From contig OY970325.1 in assembly GCA_963717145.1 (NCBI GenBank), positions 2,144,001 through 2,208,000 on the forward strand: a stretch of DNA of 64,000 bases, given 5' to 3'. Source of the DNA: an uncultured Armatimonadetes bacterium. Its GTDB lineage: Bacteria > Armatimonadota > UBA5829 > DTJY01. Below, one piece after another: positions 59,708 through 64,000 of the stretch (within the stretch, counting starts at the first letter, position 1; every line of letters starts with the position of its first letter). Made by a program: the position numbers and the translations under genes. The notes under the pieces were generated by a model, which made no database searches, was not told the DNA's origin, and was given only the letters and a program-made list of their open reading frames with translations.

Positions 59708-61193
59708 TCACTTGCCCTCCGGTCGCTTGGCTGTCGGGTCGTACTGCGGATTCGGTTTCGGCAGCACGGCATTTGTGTCTCTGAGGAACCGGTCGATCAG
59801 TGCATCGAGCTCCTTGACCTTGTCAGGCATCTCGGCTGAGATATCCTTCGTCTCGCCGATATCGACTTTCAGGTTGTACAACTCGTACACATGAGCGCCG
59901 TCATCACCCTGATGGAACAGCCGGATCAGCTTCCAGTCGCCTCTGCGGACGTAGACCGACGGAACTGCCCCGGTCACGGGGATCTCGTGGGGGAAGTAGC
60001 AGAAGATCGCCTCCCTGCCGAGCTTGCCGGTCTGCTTCAGGGCGGGCACGACGCTGATGCCGTCGAACTTCTGGTCGGGCCTCGGCTTCAGTCTGAGCAT
60101 ATCGAGCACGGTCGGGTAGAAGTCGGTGCTCTGGACGATCTCGTCTGACTTCGAGCCGGGCTTGACGACGCCCGGCCAAACGACGATGCAGTCCTCGCGC
60201 GTGCCTCCCTCGTAGATCGTCGCCTTTCCGCCTCGAAGAGGGGCGTTGCTGGTGACGACATCACCGTTCTGGTCCTTGAAGGTCACGCCGCCGTTGTCCG
60301 AGAAGAAGACGATGATCGTATTGTCGGAGAGCTTCAGGTCGTCGAGCGTCTTGATCAAGCCGCCCCACATTCTCGTCGAGGCTTTGGACCATCGCAGCGT
60401 AGAGCGGGTTGTGCTGCGGGTTCTTCGGGTCGGCCTTCTTGCGATACTTCTCGATCAGTTCCGGCTTGGCGCTCCAGGGCGAATGCACGGAGAAGCACCA
60501 GTAGTTCAGGAAGAACGGATGATCCGCATTCCCCCTGATGAAGTCGATCGCTTCGTCCGCCATTCGGTCCTCGATGTGCTCACCCGGCTTGCCGGTGAAC
60601 TTGAGGGCTTCCGGGAACTTCCACGGAGCGACGTAGCTCCCCGCCGGACCGGGACCGGCCAGTGCGGCTTGTCCACGTCGAAGCCCTGGTGAAGCGGATC
60701 GTACGGTTCGTGGCCGAGATGCCACTTGCCAAAGTGACCGGTCCTGTAGCCGGCCTCCTTCAGGGCCTCCGCCAGGGTGAAGTACTCCTTCTTCAGTCGC
60801 GTGGCGCTGGTGCATGAAATGACCTTGTTCCACGGCTGCGCCTTCTCCGGGCAGCGACGCGCTGAACACCTCATCGGGGTGGTGGCACTGGGGCGCTGTG
60901 ATACCGATCCGCGCAGGGAACTGGCCGGTCATGATGCTTGCGCGAGTGGGGGAGCAGAGTGGATTCGCGGCATATGCCTGGGTGAACATCATGCCTCGCC
61001 TGGCCAACGAGTCGATATGCGGCGTCTCGTAGAACTTGCTGCCGTAGAGCGAGGTATCCATCCAGCCGAGGTCGTCTGCCAGGATGAAGACGACATTCGG
61101 ACGCTTCTCTCCTGCAAAGCCTGGAAAACCCAGGAGGCTTGCACATGCCGCGCCTCCGAGCATCCTGAGCACGCTGCGTCTCGAATGAGCCAT
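59708..61193 (-). CDS. Tat-exported formylglycine-dependent sulfatase, three indels (~60851, ~60658, ~60357)
   Basis: SRRSVL Tat motif, [48 protein letters not shown]. Confidence 0.9.
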
Positions 61194-61195
61194 AC

Positions 61196-63082
61196 CTACT
61201 CCTTGAACTCAATGGTGAACTCGCCGATCCCGATCTCCGAGAGCCAGATATGCGGCTGGCCGGGGCCGTTCGAGGTCGTCGCGCCATAGAGGGCGTGGAA
61301 CCTGCCCCCGCCAAGGTGCTCCATCCTGCCCGTGCCGTCGATCGTCGACATCCCGAGGAAGAAAACATCCCTGTTGTCCTTCTCGTCGGCGCTTCCGGCG
61401 AGGAGCAACGTCCCATCCTTTGTCTGGGCGGACTCCCAGTTCAGGCCGTCCCTCGATAGCTGGAGTGTCGGCACTCTCCTGCCCTCCGGGTTGCCGGTGA
61501 ACGTGATGCGGACGAACACTCGGCCGCCGGGCGCTTCCTCCGCATAGCCCGTCTGATTGCCAATCTGCGCCATGCCGTTGACCGGCTCGCGCTTCGTCCA
61601 ATCGAACGTCGTCGGGTCGCTCGACCTCATGCGGACATGTCCTGCGGGGCTGCCCTTCATGAAGTGGAACGTGTAGAGCCACCAAGGCTTGCCATCGGGA
61701 TCGTCGGGGACGTAGATCGCCTCGTGGTGGTCGAGATTGGTGACCGCCGGCTCGGTGATGTTGATGACGACTCCCTGATCGGTCTTCCGCGTCCAGTTGA
61801 TGCCGTCCTTGGAGGTCGAGAGCCCGATCCGGTCGCACTGGTTGATCGCCTTTTCGCCGGTGTCGGTTATGTGTCCGGGGTCGATCTCGACCTGCCAGAA
61901 CATGTAGTATGTCCCGCCGACCTTGAGGACTTCGGGTTCGAGGTAATTGTTCTCATACCAACTGTCAGGCATGCCCTCTTCGAAGCCTTTCAGGAACATC
62001 GGACCGTCGATCTTGCGGAACCACCTGTGCCCGTCCGGCGACCAGGCGTACATCGCATGATCGCCGTCCCAGCCGGGCATCGAGTTGCCGCTCTCATCGA
62101 GAGTGCGCCACCGCCCGCCGTGCCACATCTTGTACTTGTCGCCGTCCTTCACCAGATGGACCGAGTAGTCGTATGCCGGATCGCCGGATGCGAGCCGGAT
62201 CATCACCCGCCCGACGGACGGCATATACAGCCCGATGTCCGGCGTTCCGTCAGCGTCGATCTGCCCGGCAAGCGGGATCGCCTCCACCTGCTCCGGCCAG
62301 TCGAACTTCCCCATGAGATGCGTCGCACGGTGATCGGTTGCCTTCAACTCGGCCTCCGTCGGACCGAACATGCTGTCGCCGCGTCCGAACCAGAAGGTGA
62401 ACGCCTTGCCGTCGTAGATTGCGACGTCGCAGTAGTTGTCGCCGTTGAAGTCGGCAGCGACCAGGTATCCGCCGATCTCGCCGGGCTTCCACGGTGATGT
62501 TTTGGCCGCGCCGAATCCTCCTTCGGCCTTGGCATAGAGGATGCTGAGCGAACCTGACTTGTACGCGCAGATGTCAGCCCGGCCGTCGCCATCGAAGTCA
62601 CCCGCCGCCAGTTGTCCGCTGAGTCCCTTCGCAGGATACAGACTTACCGGACCCGGCCCACTGGCCCTGCCCTCAGAGATGTACAGATCCTTGCCCTTGA
62701 CCACCGACAGATCGGTTCGGCCGTCGCCGGTGAAGTCTGCGGCGAGCATGACGCCATCCGTGGTCATGCTCGCGCGTCCGGGGTGTGTCGTGTCGAAGCT
62801 GCTGTCACCCTTGCCGATGGCCCACGTGACTCGTCCGGTCTTCGGACTGTAGGCGACGAGATCCGCCAGCCCGTCGGCATTCATATCGGCCAGAACAACC
62901 TGCATGTCCTTCCAGCCGACGGATTGGGGCACAGGATCGGCGAAGGCCCTCCCGTAGTTGGTGAAGTCCCGGTTCTCGCCGGTCTGGTGGCCGAAGAATG
63001 TGCTCTCGACCGAGGCGACCTCGGGCACGGAAGCGGCTGATACAGACGCGAGCAGGCAGACGATGATGACATATCTCAGCAT
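61196..63082 (-). CDS. Secreted protein with FG-GAP/VCBS repeats and C-terminal GH43/GH32-like five-bladed propeller
   Basis: DMNADGLADL, DFTGDGRTDL, DFDGDGRADI, DFNGDNYCDV; EPEVLKVGGTYYMFW, STSKDGINWT. Confidence 0.75.
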   Translation of the reverse strand: MLRYVIIVCLLASVSAASVPEVASVESTFFGHQTGENRDFTNYGRAFADPVPQSVGWKDMQVVLADMNADGLADLVAYSPKTGRVTWAIGKGDSSFDTTHPGRASMTTDGVMLAADFTGDGRTDLSVVKGKDLYISEGRASGPGPVSLYPAKGLSGQLAAGDFDGDGRADICAYKSGSLSILYAKAEGGFGAAKTSPWKPGEIGGYLVAADFNGDNYCDVAIYDGKAFTFWFGRGDSMFGPTEAELKATDHRATHLMGKFDWPEQVEAIPLAGQIDADGTPDIGLYMPSVGRVMIRLASGDPAYDYSVHLVKDGDKYKMWHGGRWRTLDESGNSMPGWDGDHAMYAWSPDGHRWFRKIDGPMFLKGFEEGMPDSWYENNYLEPEVLKVGGTYYMFWQVEIDPGHITDTGEKAINQCDRIGLSTSKDGINWTRKTDQGVVINITEPAVTNLDHHEAIYVPDDPDGKPWWLYTFHFMKGSPAGHVRMRSSDPTTFDWTKREPVNGMAQIGNQTGYAEEAPGGRVFVRITFTGNPEGRRVPTLQLSRDGLNWESAQTKDGTLLLAGSADEKDNRDVFFLGMSTIDGTGRMEHLGGGRFHALYGATTSNGPGQPHIWLSEIGIGEFTIEFKE

Positions 63083-63114
63083 ATTGATCTCCTATTCCTT
63101 TCACAATGATCACT

Positions 63115-63229
63115 ACCGTCAGTCCTGAGTGCGCCGGTGAATGACGGCGTGTAACGAAGGACGGCCTTGCTGCACCGAGCCGTCCTTCGTTACACGCCGT
63201 CATTCACCGGCGCACTCAGGACTAGCGGT
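63115..63229. repeat. Long palindromic element family A, copy 3
   Basis: 51-bp arms (2 mismatches), 13-nt loop. Confidence 0.95.
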
Positions 63230-63238
63230 GGGATGCTT

Positions 63239-64000
63239 CTAGTCTAGGTAGAACGCGTAGAGGCGGACCTTTTCCGCGCCCCAGGTGGAGTCGACGGTGA
63301 TGCGGACGCCGGTCGCGGGAGTGCCGATGCTGATCCGCACGAACCGCTGGTGGTTGCCCCTGACCTTCTTCCAGAGCCGCCACCCGTCGGGCGTCTCGAT
63401 CTCGACGCGGAACTCCTTGACCAGTTCCGCGGGCGGATGGGTAAGCTGGCTGTCCTTCTGATGGTAGCTCATCTGGATGATCTTGGCGAGCGCGCTGTCG
63501 AAGATGAACGTCGCGCTCGATACCACCTGCGCTCCGTCCCACGCGTACTCGATGGTATCGCCGATCTTGCCGTCCCAGGCGTGCTGGTCGTCCTTGACCG
63601 GGCGGTTGATCCCGTCACGGAGCGGCTCGGGATCGCCGGAAGTCGCGGTGAGCCTCGCCTTGAGCGTCAGGTCCGAGAACTCCTGCTTCACCCAGGGCAG
63701 ATACGCGTCCTGGCGAAGGAGGGACTGCTGCATCTCGTGCACGCGCTTCTTCCCGACCTCGCGAGGCGTCAGGCCCTCCCTGACCGCAATCGCCGCCGCC
63801 GTCCCGACCGCATGGCCCATGGAGCATCCCGTGCCCTGGAGGCGAGTCGAACTCATGGCGGCATGGGAGGCGCTGATGCATCGGCCGGCGAACATCAGGT
63901 TCTCGATGTCCCTGGAGTACAAGCAGCGGTACGAGATCCCAAAGGGCGATGGGGCGGGGTGGAAGATCGTCGGTTTGCCCTTCCATCTGAACCCGCCGGG
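63239..64000 (-). CDS. FAD-dependent oxidoreductase (FAD_oxidored family), C-terminal part; 5' end outside window
   Basis: YRCLYSRDIENLMFAGRCISASHAAMSSTRLQGTG..MGHAVGTAAA. Confidence 0.85.
   Translation of the reverse strand, partial: PGGFRWKGKPTIFHPAPSPFGISYRCLYSRDIENLMFAGRCISASHAAMSSTRLQGTGCSMGHAVGTAAAIAVREGLTPREVGKKRVHEMQQSLLRQDAYLPWVKQEFSDLTLKARLTATSGDPEPLRDGINRPVKDDQHAWDGKIGDTIEYAWDGAQVVSSATFIFDSALAKIIQMSYHQKDSQLTHPPAELVKEFRVEIETPDGWRLWKKVRGNHQRFVRISIGTPATGVRITVDSTWGAEKVRLYAFYLD

Overview
A high-GC bacterial chromosomal segment, probably from a metagenome-type assembly; gene content suggests Armatimonadota or a similar lineage (inference only). It holds about 56 genes: a sugar/amino-sugar metabolic cluster, ABC and MFS transporters, an ECF sigma/anti-sigma/RseB-like module, rpoN, an encapsulin locus, an ECF-TPR fusion followed by small membrane proteins, tyrS, nuoH-N plus menG and a polyprenyl synthase, hsp20-lon-BON, and a sulfatase cluster. 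No rRNA, tRNA, CRISPR array, transposase or integrase was seen. Main observations: (1) an ORF6N DNA-binding gene preceded by four perfect, co-varying palindromes that are variants of a palindrome encoding part of the protein itself; (2) five GTTT-N15-17-GGGWAW (SigB/SigF-type) promoters defining a dispersed stress/dormancy regulon that includes a cargo-less encapsulin coupled to an orphan PIN nuclease; (3) two palindromic elements inserted in frame inside menG; (4) a consensus sigma54 promoter driving a ~107-nt candidate sRNA, beside a second ECF-type candidate sRNA; (5) a dense, diverse set of long palindromic repeats. Single-base indels in an ABC permease, nuoM, lon and the sulfatase look like sequencing errors.
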